A DNA stretch of 64,000 nucleotides. It comes from Roseateles agri (GTDB taxonomy: Bacteria > Pseudomonadota > Gammaproteobacteria > Burkholderiales > Burkholderiaceae_C). Position 1 is the first letter of the stretch, and each line of letters begins with the position of its first letter. The stretch lies in the NCBI RefSeq assembly GCF_034043675.1, contig NZ_JAXCLA010000007.1, positions 452,547 through 516,546 on the forward strand. Direction: 5' to 3'. Below, in pieces: positions 21,448 through 33,766 of this stretch. Under the pieces are notes generated by a model. It was given only the letters and a program-made list of their open reading frames with translations. It did no database searches and was not told the DNA's origin. The translations under genes and the position numbers were made by a program.

Positions 21448-22448
21448 TGGAACGCACTGATCGCAGCAAGACCGCCGGCCACTGGTGGGCCCGGCTGCAC
21501 GGCTTCGGGCCGGTGGCGGGGCTCGTGGCGCTGTGCATCGTCGGCACCTTGCTGAACGGCGACTTCGCCACCTTGGACAACGCGATGAACGTGCTCACCC
21601 GCACCGCCTTCATCGGCATCATCGCGGTGGGCATGTGCTTCGTGATCATCAGCGGGGGCATCGACCTGTCGGTCGGCTCGATGGCGGCGCTGATCGCCGG
21701 CGCGGTGATCATCCTGATGAATGCGCTGGGTGAAAGGTTTGGCGAGAAGGGCGGCCTCGCGCCGCTGGCCATCGTCGTGATCGGCGCGGGCTTCGCCGTG
21801 CTGCTCGGCGCGCTGTTCGGCCTGGCCCACGGCCTCCTGATCACGCGCGGGCGCATCGAGCCCTTCATCGTCACCCTGGGCACGCTGGGCATCTTCCGCG
21901 CCTACCTGACCTACTTCTCCAACGGTGGCGCGCTGACCCTGGACAACAAGCTGGCCGACACCTATGCGCCGGTCTACTACGGCGCGCTGCTGGGCGTGCC
22001 CATTCCGGTGTGGGTGTTCCTCGTCGTCGCCGTGCTCGGCGCCGCGCTGCTGAACCGCACCGCCTACGGCCGCTACGTGCAGGCGATCGGCTCGAACGAG
22101 CAGGTGGCGCGCTATGCCGCCGTCGACGTGGATCACATCAAGCTGCTCACCTACGTGCTGCTGGGCGCATGCGTCGGCATCGCGACCTTGCTCTACGTGC
22201 CGCGGCTCGGCTCCGCCTCACCCACCACCGGCCTGCTGTGGGAGCTGGAAGCGATTGCCTCGGTGATCGTCGGCGGCACCGCGCTGAAGGGCGGCGCGGG
22301 CTCCATCACCGGCACCGTGGTCGGAGCGATCCTGCTCTCGGTCATCAGCAACCTGCTGAACCTCACCAGCATCATCAGCGTGTACCTCAACGCAGCCGTC
22401 CAAGGCTTCGTGATCATCGCCGTCGCATTCATGCAAAGACGGCGCTAG
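21444..22448 (+). CDS. sugar ABC transporter permease (RbsC-like)
   Basis: ATGA overlap with the ATPase gene. Ten hydrophobic helices. Confidence 0.85.
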   Translation: MMERTDRSKTAGHWWARLHGFGPVAGLVALCIVGTLLNGDFATLDNAMNVLTRTAFIGIIAVGMCFVIISGGIDLSVGSMAALIAGAVIILMNALGERFGEKGGLAPLAIVVIGAGFAVLLGALFGLAHGLLITRGRIEPFIVTLGTLGIFRAYLTYFSNGGALTLDNKLADTYAPVYYGALLGVPIPVWVFLVVAVLGAALLNRTAYGRYVQAIGSNEQVARYAAVDVDHIKLLTYVLLGACVGIATLLYVPRLGSASPTTGLLWELEAIASVIVGGTALKGGAGSITGTVVGAILLSVISNLLNLTSIISVYLNAAVQGFVIIAVAFMQRRR

Positions 22449-22486
22449 CGCAGTAGTCCCACCCCAAAACCAACGGAGACAAGTCG

Positions 22487-23443
22487 ATGAAGAAGATCAC
22501 TCGCAGAATCGCTGTGGCCGCGCTCCTCGCTGCCAGCAGTGCCGGCGCCTTCGCGCAGAACAAGGTCAACCTCGGCGTGTCGATCCCGGCCGCCACGCAC
22601 GGCTTCACCGGTGCCGTCGTCTACTGGGCCGGCGAGGCCAAGAGGGACCTGGAGAAGAAGTACCCGGACCTGAAGATCACCGTCCGCACCGCGGCCAACG
22701 CGGCCGAGCAGGCCAACCAGCTGCAGGATCTGCTGTCGGTGAACAAGATCAACAACCTGCTGGTCTTCCCCTTCGAGTCCGCCGCGCTGACCAAGCCGGT
22801 GGCGCAGATCCACGACAAGGGCATCTACACCGTCGTCGTCGACCGCGGCCTCTCGGACACCTCCGCGCAGGACGCCTACATCTCCAACGACAACGTTTCC
22901 TTCTCGCGCAACGCGGCCGAGTTCATGGCCAAGTCGCTGAACGGCAAGGGTGACATCGTCATCCTGCGCGGCATCGCCACCACGGTGGACACCGAGCGGG
23001 TCGACAACTTCAACGAGGTGATGAAGAACCACCCCGGCATCAAGATCATGGATGCCAAGTTCGGCAACTGGAATCGTGACGATGCGTTCAAGGTGATGCA
23101 GGACTACCTGACCCGCTTCAAGCACATCGACGCCGTCTGGGCCGCCGACGACGACATGGCCGTGGGCGTGCTGAAGGCGATCGACCAGGCCAAGCGCACC
23201 GACATCAAGCTGGTGTTCGGCGGCGCCAGCATGAAGGGCATGATCAAGACGCTGATCGACGGCACCGACCCGCGCATCCAGGGCAACATCTGGTTCAGCC
23301 CGCGCTTCATCTACGAAGCCATCCGCATCACCGCCGAGGCCCGCCTGAAGGGCGAGAAGCTGCCGGCCACGACGATCTTCCCGTCGCCGCTGGTGACCAA
23401 GGAGAACGCCAAGCAGTACTACTTCCCCGACTCGCCGTTCTGA
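22487..23443 (+). CDS. sugar ABC transporter periplasmic binding protein (RbsB-like)
   Basis: Signal peptide. Periplasmic binding protein type I fold. Confidence 0.85.
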   Translation: MKKITRRIAVAALLAASSAGAFAQNKVNLGVSIPAATHGFTGAVVYWAGEAKRDLEKKYPDLKITVRTAANAAEQANQLQDLLSVNKINNLLVFPFESAALTKPVAQIHDKGIYTVVVDRGLSDTSAQDAYISNDNVSFSRNAAEFMAKSLNGKGDIVILRGIATTVDTERVDNFNEVMKNHPGIKIMDAKFGNWNRDDAFKVMQDYLTRFKHIDAVWAADDDMAVGVLKAIDQAKRTDIKLVFGGASMKGMIKTLIDGTDPRIQGNIWFSPRFIYEAIRITAEARLKGEKLPATTIFPSPLVTKENAKQYYFPDSPF

Positions 23444-23445
23444 CC

Positions 23446-24479
<1,034 letters not shown>

Positions 24480-24483
<4 letters not shown>

Positions 24484-25655
24484 TGAACGCCCTGAATCGT
24501 TTCCCCCGCAAGCTGCGCTACGCGATGGTGGGCGGCGGCCTCGATGCCTTCATCGGCTCGGTGCACCGCCATGCGATGGCGCTGGATCATCACTACGAGC
24601 TGGTGGCCGGCGCGCTGTCCTCGACGCGCGAGAAGTCCATCGCCTCCGGCCGCGAGCTGGGTCTTGCCGACGATCGCAACCACGGCAGCTGGCAGGAACT
24701 GCTGGACGACGAGCTGAAGCGGCCGGCGCACGAGCGCATCGACCTCGTCGTGATCGTCACGCCCAACCACATCCACTTCGAGGTGGCGCAGGCCTTCGCC
24801 GATGCGGGCATCCACGTCGTCTGCGACAAGCCGCTGGTGCACACGTCGGAGCAGGCGCAGCAGCTGGTCGACACGGTGGCGCGCCGCGGCGTGGTCTTCG
24901 GCGTGACCTACAACTACACCGGCTATCCGATGGTGCGGCAGGCCCGCGAAATGGTGCGTGCCGGCGTCATCGGCCCGGTCCGCAAGGTGGTGATGGAGTA
25001 CCACCAGGGCTGGCTGGCGACCCTGCTCGAAGCCGGCAAACACAAGCAGGCCGACTGGCGCACCGACCCGGCCCGCACCGGCATTGCCGGCGCGATCGGC
25101 GACATCGGCTCCCATGCGGAGAACCTGGTCGCCACTGTGACGGGCCTGGAGATCGAATCGCTGTGCGCGGACCTGACGACCTTCGTGCCCGGCCGCCGCG
25201 TGGACGACGACGGCAACCTGCTCCTGCGCTTCAAGGGCGGTGCGCGCGGCGTGATGGCCATCTCGCAGATCGAGGCCGGCAACGAGAACGACATCCGCCT
25301 GCGGGTGTTCGGCGAGCGCGGCATGCTCGACTGGCAGCAGGAGGATCCGAACCGCCTGATCCATGCGCCGCTCGACGGCCCGCGGATGACGCTGACGCGC
25401 GGCTCCACCTGGCTCAGCGAAGCGGCGCTGAAGGCCTGCCGCATGCCGACCGGTCATCCCGAGGCCTTCATCGAGGCCTTCGCGAACGTCTACATCGGCG
25501 TCGCGGCCGACATCCATGCGCGCGTGGCGACCGGAAAGCCGGCCACCTTGGAGGATGCAGAGTACCCGCGCGTGGAGGATGGCGCACGCGGCGTGCGCTT
25601 CATCGAGAAAACGGTGGCGTCCTCGAAGTCCGAACTGAAATGGACGCCGTTCTAG
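24480..25655 (+). CDS. Gfo/Idh/MocA family oxidoreductase
   Basis: Rossmann N terminus and EKP-like motif CDKPL. ATGA overlap with the upstream gene. Confidence 0.85.
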
Positions 25656-25674
25656 CGCCTATCAAGCGAGCCTA

Positions 25675-27225
25675 TCAAGCCAGCTTGAAGGTCGACACCA
25701 GGCTCGTCAGGCGCAGCGCCTGCTGCTTCAGGCTGTCCGCCGCGGCGGCGGCTTCTTCCACCAGCGCGGCGTTCTGCTGGGTCACCTGGTCGAGCTGCAT
25801 CACCGCGTTGCCGACCTGATCGATGCCTTCGCTCTGCTCCCGGCTGGCGGAGCTGATCTCGCCGATCATCACGCTGACCTGCTGCACCTGCTGGACGACC
25901 TTCTGCATCGTCTTGCCGGCATCGCCGACGAGACGGTTGCCGGCCTCGACGGTTTCGACGCTCTCGCCGATCAGCGTCTTGATCTCGCGCGCGGCGGTGG
26001 CCGAGCGTCCCGCCAGCGCGCGCACCTCGCCGGCCACGACGGCAAAGCCGCGGCCCTGCTCGCCGGCGCGTGCGGCCTCGACCGCAGCGTTCAGCGCCAG
26101 GATATTGGTCTGGAAGGCGATGCCGTCGATCACGCCGATGATCTCGGCGATGCGCTTGCTGGCGTTGCTGATGCGCTCCATCGTCTGCACGGCTTCGCCG
26201 ACCACCTCGCCGCCCTGCACGGCCACCTGCATGGCGCTGGTGGCCATGTCGGTCGCGGCGCGCGCGGTCTCGGCGTTCTGCTTCACCGTGGCGGTGAGCT
26301 GCTCCATGGTCGCGGCCGTCTCCTCCAGGTTGCTGGCCTGCTGCTCGGTGCGCTGGCTCAGGTCGGCGTTGCCCGAGGCGAGCTGGCCCGTGCCCGTCGC
26401 GATGGATTCCGAGCTCTCGCGGACCTGCGCGACGATGTTGGAGAGCTGGCTCGTCATCTGATCCAGCGCGGACATCAGCTGCCCGGTCTCGTCCCGCGTC
26501 GTGACCGTCATGCGCGACTGGAGATCGCCGCTGGCGACGGACTTGGCCATCGCCACCGAGTCCGACAGCGGCGAGGTGATCGAGCGGGAGACCCACCACG
26601 CGAAGCCGACGGCTGCGAAGGTGGCGACGATCGTCAGGCCCACGACCATCCAGGTGCTGGAGGTGACGAGCGCGTCCGCTTCCACGGCCGCCGCCGCCAT
26701 CAGCTTCTCCTGGTGATCGGACAGATCGTCGAGCGCCGCCATGTACTTGAGCTGCTGGGCGCGCATGACCTGCAGGACATGGGTGCGGGCCTCCGCCATG
26801 CGGCTCTCGCGCACATGGGCCATCAACTGCGCGAGTTCCTTGTCGAACTGCTCGCGGTCGCTGCGGACCACGTCGAGGCGCTTCTGGCCTTCGCTGCCGC
26901 CGCTGATCATCTCGTCGAGCCGGTCCACGATCGGGCCGACCTTGGCGCGCGATTTCTCCAGGCCGTCCATCTCGTTCTTGATGTCGGCCTCCTTTTCGAA
27001 GAGCAGCAGGTTGCGCGCCATGCGCGCCTGCAGGTTCACCTCTTCCTTGATGTCGCCGACCAGCTGGACCTTGACGTAGCGGTCCTCGGTCACGGACTTC
27101 AGCGAGGCGTTGATGCTCTTCAGCGAATGCACCGCCAGCATCGATACCAGGCACGACAGGACGAGGCAGACGCCGAATGCCAGGCCCAGGCGCCTGGAGA
27201 TTTTCAGGTTCGAGAGAAATCGCAT
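25675..27225 (-). CDS. methyl-accepting chemotaxis protein (HAMP + MCP signalling domain)
   Basis: N-terminal TM ([23 protein letters not shown]), HAMP domain, and a conserved MCP signalling domain. Confidence 0.85.
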   Translation of the reverse strand: MRFLSNLKISRRLGLAFGVCLVLSCLVSMLAVHSLKSINASLKSVTEDRYVKVQLVGDIKEEVNLQARMARNLLLFEKEADIKNEMDGLEKSRAKVGPIVDRLDEMISGGSEGQKRLDVVRSDREQFDKELAQLMAHVRESRMAEARTHVLQVMRAQQLKYMAALDDLSDHQEKLMAAAAVEADALVTSSTWMVVGLTIVATFAAVGFAWWVSRSITSPLSDSVAMAKSVASGDLQSRMTVTTRDETGQLMSALDQMTSQLSNIVAQVRESSESIATGTGQLASGNADLSQRTEQQASNLEETAATMEQLTATVKQNAETARAATDMATSAMQVAVQGGEVVGEAVQTMERISNASKRIAEIIGVIDGIAFQTNILALNAAVEAARAGEQGRGFAVVAGEVRALAGRSATAAREIKTLIGESVETVEAGNRLVGDAGKTMQKVVQQVQQVSVMIGEISSASREQSEGIDQVGNAVMQLDQVTQQNAALVEEAAAAADSLKQQALRLTSLVSTFKLA

Positions 27226-27307
27226 GGTGATGGGTCCCGTTTGGAAGCTACTTTGCAATTGTTCACACAAATGTAACGGCGCCAAGCCGCGATCGCCGCA
27301 AGCGGTG

Positions 27308-27324
27308 GTAGGCAAATTGCCTAC
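27308..27324. promoter_or_regulatory. 17-bp perfect palindrome GTAGGCAAATTGCCTAC in the MCP/mntH divergent intergenic region
   Basis: Read directly. Candidate metalloregulator (Mur/MntR-type) box. Confidence 0.45.
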
Positions 27325-27584
27325 AATCCGCGCTCCTCAACTTGACGGCATTGCCATGACCCCAGCACCTAGTTGCTGGCCTTCGCCGTCCAGTCTTTGA
27401 GCCGTCGCCCTTGACGGCTGGAAGTACCGGGCGGTGGGGGCATCGACCTGACCATCCCCGGGACTTCGAGTCCGCCGAAGCGCGTGCGCGTGTTCGGCCC
27501 TCTGCCCGGAATCTCTGATCACCTGCGGCCCAAGGAGCGCCGCATTCTTCCGCCGCGCCCTCGCGCGGCGGCGGGGAGACACCC

Positions 27585-28916
27585 GTGCAACAACTGATTG
27601 TTCGCAACCTCTTTCTGGCGGCTCGCACCCTCGCGTCCATCCGCCGGCAACTGCCTGATGGCAAGGACCTGGCGCGCCGCCTGGGCCCCGGACTCATCAC
27701 CGGTGCGGCCGATGACGATCCGAGCGGCATCGCCACCTATTCGCAGGCCGGCTCGCAGTTCCGCTTCGGCCTGGTCTGGACGCTGCTGCTGACCACGCCG
27801 CTGATGATCGGCATCCAGATGCTCTCGGCCCGCATCGGCTGGGTCACCGGCCAGGGCCTGGGCGCCAACATCGCCCGCGTCTGCCCGCGCTGGCTGACGA
27901 TGTCGCTGGTCGCGCTGCTGGTGGTGGCCAACACCATCAACATCGCGGCCGACATCGGCGCCATGGCCGAGGCCGCGCATCTGCTGCTGGCGGGCAAGCA
28001 GCAGCTCTACGTCCTCGCCTTCGGCTTGCTCTGCGTGCTGGGCCAGCTGCTGTTCTCGTACGAACGCTCGGTGCGCATCCTGAAGTGGCTGACGCTGGCG
28101 CTGTTCGCCTATTTCGCGGTCGTCCTGGTCGTGCAGGTGCCGTGGCGGCGGGCCACCGTCGAATCGCTGCAGCCCTGGCGCTTCTTCCCGGAAGGGACCT
28201 CCGTTGGCGACTACGCCAGCATGGTGGTCGCCATGCTCGGCACGACGATCAGCCCCTATCTGTTCTTCTGGCAGGCGTCCCAGGAGGTGGAGGACGGCCT
28301 GCGCCGGCCCGACGAGGCCACCTTGCGCAGCCAGCCGGCCTATGCGCGCGAGCACCTGTTCCGCATCAAGGCCGACACCTATGTGGGCATGCTGTTCTCC
28401 AACGCGATTGCGCTGTGCATCGTGCTGGCCACCGCGGTCACCTTGAACCTGCATGGCATCACCAACATCCAGACCTCGTCCCAGGCGGCGGAGGCGTTGC
28501 GCCCGGTCGCCGGCGATTTCGCGTTCGGCATCTTCGCGCTGGGCATCATCGGCACCGGCCTGCTGGCGGTGCCGGTGCTGGCGGGCTCGGCGGCCTACGC
28601 GGTCAGCGAGGTGTTCGGCTGGCGGTCGGGGCTCTCGCGCGGCTTCCACGAGGCCCGCGGCTTCTACCTGATCATCATCGCGGCGACCGGCATCGGCACC
28701 TTGATGAGCGTGTTCGAGCTGGACCCGATCAGGGCGCTGGTGTGGAGCGCCATCGTCAACGGCGTGATCTCGGTGCCCATCATGGTGGTCATGATGTGGA
28801 TCGGCCAGTCCCGCCGCCTGATGGGCGACTGGACCATCTCGCCACGGCACCGCTTCTTCGGCTGGTCCGCCACGCTGGTGATGGCTGTCGCCGTGCTGGC
28901 GATGCTCGCCACCTGA
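27585..28916 (+). CDS. mntH: Nramp-family divalent metal (Mn2+/Fe2+) transporter
   Basis: GTG start with a GGGGAG RBS. Nramp signature GPGxxTAxxDDDPSGIATY. Confidence 0.85.
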   Translation: MQQLIVRNLFLAARTLASIRRQLPDGKDLARRLGPGLITGAADDDPSGIATYSQAGSQFRFGLVWTLLLTTPLMIGIQMLSARIGWVTGQGLGANIARVCPRWLTMSLVALLVVANTINIAADIGAMAEAAHLLLAGKQQLYVLAFGLLCVLGQLLFSYERSVRILKWLTLALFAYFAVVLVVQVPWRRATVESLQPWRFFPEGTSVGDYASMVVAMLGTTISPYLFFWQASQEVEDGLRRPDEATLRSQPAYAREHLFRIKADTYVGMLFSNAIALCIVLATAVTLNLHGITNIQTSSQAAEALRPVAGDFAFGIFALGIIGTGLLAVPVLAGSAAYAVSEVFGWRSGLSRGFHEARGFYLIIIAATGIGTLMSVFELDPIRALVWSAIVNGVISVPIMVVMMWIGQSRRLMGDWTISPRHRFFGWSATLVMAVAVLAMLAT

Positions 28917-28951
28917 GTCCACCCTTCGGCCCCTTTCTCTTCGGTGTTGTC

Positions 28952-30262
28952 ATGCGAGTTCAATTTCGCGGCCTCGGGCTGCTCATCGCTTTCGTCTTCC
29001 TGACGTCCATCGGCTGCGCGGCGCGCGCGCAGGAAGCCTGGAACGCCCATTTCCAGAGCACCTACGTCCGCCAGTTCAAGCCGACCTTCCATTCACCCTA
29101 TGCCGGCCCTAACAGCCTGTCCGGCCAGGCCGAGACCAGCTACTCCTTCACCGGCACGGCCGCGTTCGGGCTGCGCCTGCCTTCGGCGACGGAGGTCTAC
29201 TTCGATCCCGAGATTGCCCAGGGCATCGCCATGTCCGGCCTGCTGGGGCTGGCGGGCTTTCCGAATGGCGAGCTGGCCAAGACCTCCGGCGACAAGCCCA
29301 AGGCCTACGTCGCGCGCCTGTTCGCGCGCCACACCGTCGAGCTGGGCGGCGAGTCGCAATCGCTGGAGTCTTCGGCCAACCAGCTCGGTGGCGCGACCAC
29401 CGCGAACCGGCTCATACTCACGGCCGGCGTGCTCTCGGTGCTGGACATCTTCGACGTCAACGCCTATGCGCACGATCCGCGCATGCAGTTCATGAACTGG
29501 GCGCTGATGACGCATGCGGCCTACGACTACGCGGCCGACTCGCGCGGCTACACCCAGGGCCTTGCGGCGGAATACATCGTGGGGAACTGGGCGCTGCGCG
29601 CGGGGCGTTTCGCGGTGCCGAAGGAGCCGAACCAGCTCCAGCTTGACCACCACCTGTTCACGCATTTCAGCGACCAGATCGAGGCCAGCCACGACTACGA
29701 GCTGGCCGGGCAGTCGGGCACCGTGCGGCTGCTGATGTTCCGCATGCGGGCGGTGATGGCGCGGTATGGCGATGCGCTCGGCGACGAGGGACCGCCGCAA
29801 CCGCTGGCCGATGTGCGCCGCGGCAATCAGGTGAAGCAGGGTTTCGGCCTCAACGTCGAGCACCACCTGTCGGAAGACTTGGGCGCCTTTGCGCGCGCCT
29901 TCCGCGCCGACGGGAAGACCGAGACCTACGCCTTCACCGAGGCCGACGCATCGGTGTCGGCCGGCCTTCAGCTGAAGGGCTCGGCCTGGACCCGTAGTGA
30001 CGACGTGCTGGGGCTCGGCGTGGCCCGGAGCAGCCTGGCGGCCGAGCACCGCCGCTACCTTCAGGACGGCGGTGCGACCTTCTTCCTCGGCGACGGCGCT
30101 TTGCGCTACCGGCCGGAACAGGACCTGGAGCTGTACTACAGCGCGGACCTTGCCCATGGCCTGTTCCTGACCGGTGACGCCCAGCGCATACGGAACCCGG
30201 GCTACAACGCCGATCGTGGCCCGGTGTCGGTCTACTCAATCCGGCTGCGCTGGGAGAGCTGA
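28952..30262 (+). CDS. carbohydrate-selective porin, OprB family
   Basis: Signal peptide. OprB-like beta-barrel. Confidence 0.75.
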   Translation: MRVQFRGLGLLIAFVFLTSIGCAARAQEAWNAHFQSTYVRQFKPTFHSPYAGPNSLSGQAETSYSFTGTAAFGLRLPSATEVYFDPEIAQGIAMSGLLGLAGFPNGELAKTSGDKPKAYVARLFARHTVELGGESQSLESSANQLGGATTANRLILTAGVLSVLDIFDVNAYAHDPRMQFMNWALMTHAAYDYAADSRGYTQGLAAEYIVGNWALRAGRFAVPKEPNQLQLDHHLFTHFSDQIEASHDYELAGQSGTVRLLMFRMRAVMARYGDALGDEGPPQPLADVRRGNQVKQGFGLNVEHHLSEDLGAFARAFRADGKTETYAFTEADASVSAGLQLKGSAWTRSDDVLGLGVARSSLAAEHRRYLQDGGATFFLGDGALRYRPEQDLELYYSADLAHGLFLTGDAQRIRNPGYNADRGPVSVYSIRLRWES

Positions 30263-31543
30263 CTACGTCGCGCGCTGCAGGTCGGCCACCTTGCTGCCGG
30301 TCGAGGCAGTGCTGAACTTGCTGTCCGGCCGCATGCGGAAGGCCAGCAGCACGCCCAAGGCCATCAGCAGCATGCTGCCGGCGAAGGGCAGTTCCCAGCT
30401 GCCGAAGCGGTCGATCAGCAGGCCGGAGACGACCGGCGAGACGATGGCCGCGGCGGCGGAGCCGGTGTTCATCATGCCGCTGGCGGTGCCGGAGTGTTCC
30501 GGCGCGATGTCCATCGGGATCGCCCACATCGGGCCGATCGTCATCTCGGCGAAGAAGAAGCCGGCCGACAGGCTCAGCACCGATACCGTGAGGTTGTGCG
30601 TCAGCATCAGCGGCACCAGCGAGATCAGGGTCAGCAGCATGCAGATCGCGACCATCCAGCTGCGCGACTTGTTCAGGTTGCCGGTGCGCTCGTAGAGCTT
30701 GTCGGTGACCCAGCCGCCCAGCGTGTCGCCGAGGACGCCGGCGAAGAACACGCTGGAGGCGAACAGCGCGGACTTCTTCAGGTCCAGGTCATAGCTGTGC
30801 AGGAAGTACTGCGGGATCCAGCTCAGGAACAGCCAGAGCGTCCAGCCGTAGCAGAAGTAGACGATCGTGACCGGGGCCATGCGGCGGAACAGCGGGCCCC
30901 AGGGCACCGGCGCGCCCTTGGCCTTCGGCGGCGGCAGCAGGGCCGTCTCCTCGGCCGTGATGCGTGGGTGGTCCTTCGGGTGTTCGGTGAACACGAGCCA
31001 CCAGACGGCGACCCAGGCAAAGCTGATGATCGCGCAGATGTAGAAGGACTCGCGCCAGCCGTAGGCGGCCATGCTCCAGACCATCGCTGCCGGCGCCACC
31101 GCGTTGCCGATGCGTGCGGCCGCATGGGTGATGCCCTGGGCGAAGCCGCGCTTCTCCTTGGCGACCCAGCGCGACATGGCCGAGGTGGCCGCCGGAAAGG
31201 TCGCCCCTTCGCCCAGGCCCAGCAGCACCCGCGCCACCAGCATCGAGGCCAGGCCGCTGGCCCAGCCGGTCATCATCGTCGCCAGCGCCCAGACGACGCC
31301 GCAGGCGATCAAGGTGCGCTTGGCGCCGAAGCGGTCGCTGACCCAGCCGCCGATGATCTGGAAGATCAGGTAGGGGTAGGCGAAGGCCGAGAACACCAGA
31401 CCGATCTCGGTCTTGTTGAGCCCGAACTCCGGCCCGAAGCCGGCCGCGGCCGTGCTGACGTTGACCCGGTCGAGGTAGGTGATGAAATACATCAGGCACA
31501 ACATGGTGATCACCACGTTGGTCGCTCGAAACATCTTCTTCAT
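30263..31543 (-). CDS. MFS transporter (anion:cation symporter-like)
   Basis: Twelve TM segments. The MKKMFRATN start is chosen over the upstream in-frame extension. Confidence 0.8.
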   Translation of the reverse strand: MKKMFRATNVVITMLCLMYFITYLDRVNVSTAAAGFGPEFGLNKTEIGLVFSAFAYPYLIFQIIGGWVSDRFGAKRTLIACGVVWALATMMTGWASGLASMLVARVLLGLGEGATFPAATSAMSRWVAKEKRGFAQGITHAAARIGNAVAPAAMVWSMAAYGWRESFYICAIISFAWVAVWWLVFTEHPKDHPRITAEETALLPPPKAKGAPVPWGPLFRRMAPVTIVYFCYGWTLWLFLSWIPQYFLHSYDLDLKKSALFASSVFFAGVLGDTLGGWVTDKLYERTGNLNKSRSWMVAICMLLTLISLVPLMLTHNLTVSVLSLSAGFFFAEMTIGPMWAIPMDIAPEHSGTASGMMNTGSAAAAIVSPVVSGLLIDRFGSWELPFAGSMLLMALGVLLAFRMRPDSKFSTASTGSKVADLQRAT

Positions 31544-31596
31544 GGCTTGTCTCCGATCTGTCGTCTGTCGTTTGCGCATGAGGGCGAGTCGATCCA

Positions 31597-31623
31597 CCAC
31601 GCCTCGTTCCTGACGAGGCGTGG
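31597..31623. other. 11-bp perfect stem-loop (CCACGCCTCGT/ACGAGGCGTGG) between the aminotransferase and MFS genes; no U-tract
   Basis: Read directly. Confidence 0.4.
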
Positions 31624-31670
31624 TATCAACGCGCGGTGAGAAGCGGGTAGGCCCGCGGCCGGTCGGCGCC

Positions 31671-32825
31671 TTATGCGGCGGCCTTCAAGGCCGAGCCGGC
31701 CGGGTGGCCCGCGAAGTAGTCCATCGCTGCCTGCACGCCGCTGGACTTCAGTGCGATGCCGGCCAGCTTCATGCCCATCTCGCAACCGGAGAGCGTGGCC
31801 ATCAAGGTCAGGTCGTTGCTGTCGCCGAGGTGGCCGATGCGGAACATGCGGCCCTTCAGCTTGCCCAGGCCCGCGCCGAGCGACAGGTCGAAGCGCTGGT
31901 AGATCAGCTGGCGCAGCGCGTCGGCATCGACGCCCGCGGGCAGGATCACGCCGGTCAGCACCGGTGAGTACAGGGCCGGGTCCGCGCACTGGATCGGCAG
32001 GCCCCAGGCATTCACCGCGGCACGCACGCCGGCGGCCCAGCGCTGGTGGCGGGCGAAGACCTGGTCCAGCCCTTCGCTCTGCAGCATCTCCATCGCCTCG
32101 ACCAGGCCGTAGAGCAGGTTCGTGCTCGGCGTGTACGGCCAGTAGCCGTTGTGGTTCATCTCGACGATCTCGTCCCAGGCGAAGAAGGAGCGGGGCAGCT
32201 TCGCGCTCTTGCTGGCTTCCAGCGCCTTCGGCGACAGCGCGTTGAAGCTGATGCCGGGCGGCAGCATCAGCCCCTTCTGCGAGCCGCTGACGGTGACGTC
32301 CACGCCCCATTCGTCGTGCCGGTAGTCGGCGCTGGCCAGGCCCGAAATCGTGTCGACCATCAGCAGCGCCGGATGCTTGGCTGCATCGATCGCGCGGCGC
32401 ACGGCGGCGATGTCGGAGGTGACGCCGGTCGAGGTCTCGTTGTGGACGACGCAGACGGCCTTGATGCGGTGCTCCGGATCCTTGCGCAGCCGCTCCTCGA
32501 TCAGGTCGGCCTGCACGCCGCGGCGCCAGCTCGGCGCGTTGGGCAGGTGCTCGTCCTGGCCCTGCCAGGCGAGGAACTCGGCGGAGATGCCCAGCCGCGC
32601 GGCCATCTTGGACCACAGGGTGGCGAAGTGGCCGGTCTCGTACATCAGCACGTGGTCGCCGGGGCTCAGCGTGTTGGCCAGCGCGGCCTCCCAGGCGCCG
32701 GTGCCCGAGGCCGGATAGATCACGACCGGGTGCTGGGTCTTGAAGATCTCGCGGATGCCCTTGAGCACCTGAAGGCCCAGCGCGCCGAACTCGGGGCCGC
32801 GGTGATCGATGGTCGGCAGACTCAT
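31671..32825 (-). CDS. class V aminotransferase (serine-glyoxylate / alanine-glyoxylate aminotransferase-like)
   Basis: PLP Lys motif SGSQKGLM. Confidence 0.8.
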   Translation of the reverse strand: MSLPTIDHRGPEFGALGLQVLKGIREIFKTQHPVVIYPASGTGAWEAALANTLSPGDHVLMYETGHFATLWSKMAARLGISAEFLAWQGQDEHLPNAPSWRRGVQADLIEERLRKDPEHRIKAVCVVHNETSTGVTSDIAAVRRAIDAAKHPALLMVDTISGLASADYRHDEWGVDVTVSGSQKGLMLPPGISFNALSPKALEASKSAKLPRSFFAWDEIVEMNHNGYWPYTPSTNLLYGLVEAMEMLQSEGLDQVFARHQRWAAGVRAAVNAWGLPIQCADPALYSPVLTGVILPAGVDADALRQLIYQRFDLSLGAGLGKLKGRMFRIGHLGDSNDLTLMATLSGCEMGMKLAGIALKSSGVQAAMDYFAGHPAGSALKAAA

Positions 32826-32961
32826 TGCCCGCAAAATACGGTCCGGCACCGGGCTCGGTCCGGGGATCTGCAGGAAGTGGCGGCCGGTGGGATGGAAGTC
32901 GAGGGTCAACACGATGCGGGGTCCTTTCCGATGCGGTCTTGGATTGGGGTGTTTGAACTTA

Positions 32962-33048
32962 GTTTTGCATGCAAAACGCAAATTAAGATGATGGAAAACC
33001 CTGTATTTTGGGCTTGATTGGCTTTGTAAATGCATGCAAAATGCAAAT
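32962..33048. promoter_or_regulatory. two copies of TGCATGCAAAA(C/T)GCAAAT (32965-32982, 33031-33048); the first is embedded in the 14-bp palindrome TTTTGCATGCAAAA. Candidate GntR operators.
   Basis: Read directly in the divergent intergenic region. Confidence 0.5.
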
Positions 33049-33063
33049 AGATCGGAGAAATTC

Positions 33064-33756
33064 ATGGCGGAGGTGATCGAGATTTCGCGGCTGGCGCTGC
33101 ATGACCAGGTGGTGGCGCGGCTGCGCACCATGCTGGTGGAAGGCGCCATCGCACCGGGCGCCAAGCTCAACGAGCGCGAGCTGAGCGAGCAGCTGCGCGT
33201 GTCGCGCACGCCGCTGCGCGAGGCGATCAAGCTGCTGGCGGCCGAGGGCCTGGTCGACCTGCTGCCCAACCGCGGCGCGGTGGCGGTGAAGCTGACCGAA
33301 GCCGACATCGTCAACACCTTCGAGGTGCTGGCGGGGCTGGAAGGCATGTCCGGCGAATTCGCCGCGCAGCGGGTGACGGACGCCGAGCTGGCCGAGATCC
33401 GCGCGATGCACTACGAAATGATGGCCTGCTTCGCCCGGCAGGACCTGTCGGGCTACTACCGGCTGAACGCGCGCATCCACACCGCCATCAACGACGCCGC
33501 CAAGAACCCGGTGCTGACCAGCACCTACAACGGCATCAACGCCCGCGTGCAGTCGCTGCGCTTCCGCACCAACCAGAACGAGGCGAAGTGGAAGCGCGCG
33601 GTGAAGGAGCACGAGCTGATGCTCGAAGCGCTGGCCGCCCACGACGGCGCCGCGATGCGCGACGTGCTGGTCGCCCACCTGAAGAACAAGCGAGACACCG
33701 TGCTGGACCTGATGCGCGCGGGCGAGATCTATCCCCGGAGCGCCAAGAGCTCATGA
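33064..33756 (+). CDS. GntR family (FadR/FCD subfamily) transcriptional regulator
   Basis: N-terminal wHTH LSEQLRVSRTPLREA. FCD C-terminal domain. Confidence 0.85.
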   Translation: MAEVIEISRLALHDQVVARLRTMLVEGAIAPGAKLNERELSEQLRVSRTPLREAIKLLAAEGLVDLLPNRGAVAVKLTEADIVNTFEVLAGLEGMSGEFAAQRVTDAELAEIRAMHYEMMACFARQDLSGYYRLNARIHTAINDAAKNPVLTSTYNGINARVQSLRFRTNQNEAKWKRAVKEHELMLEALAAHDGAAMRDVLVAHLKNKRDTVLDLMRAGEIYPRSAKSS

Positions 33757-33766
33757 AGGAGACCTG

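Noticed and set aside
31597-31623. Intrinsic terminator for the aminotransferase gene
   Set aside because: The 11-bp stem is perfect, but neither strand has a U-tract. It is kept only as a structural element of unknown role.
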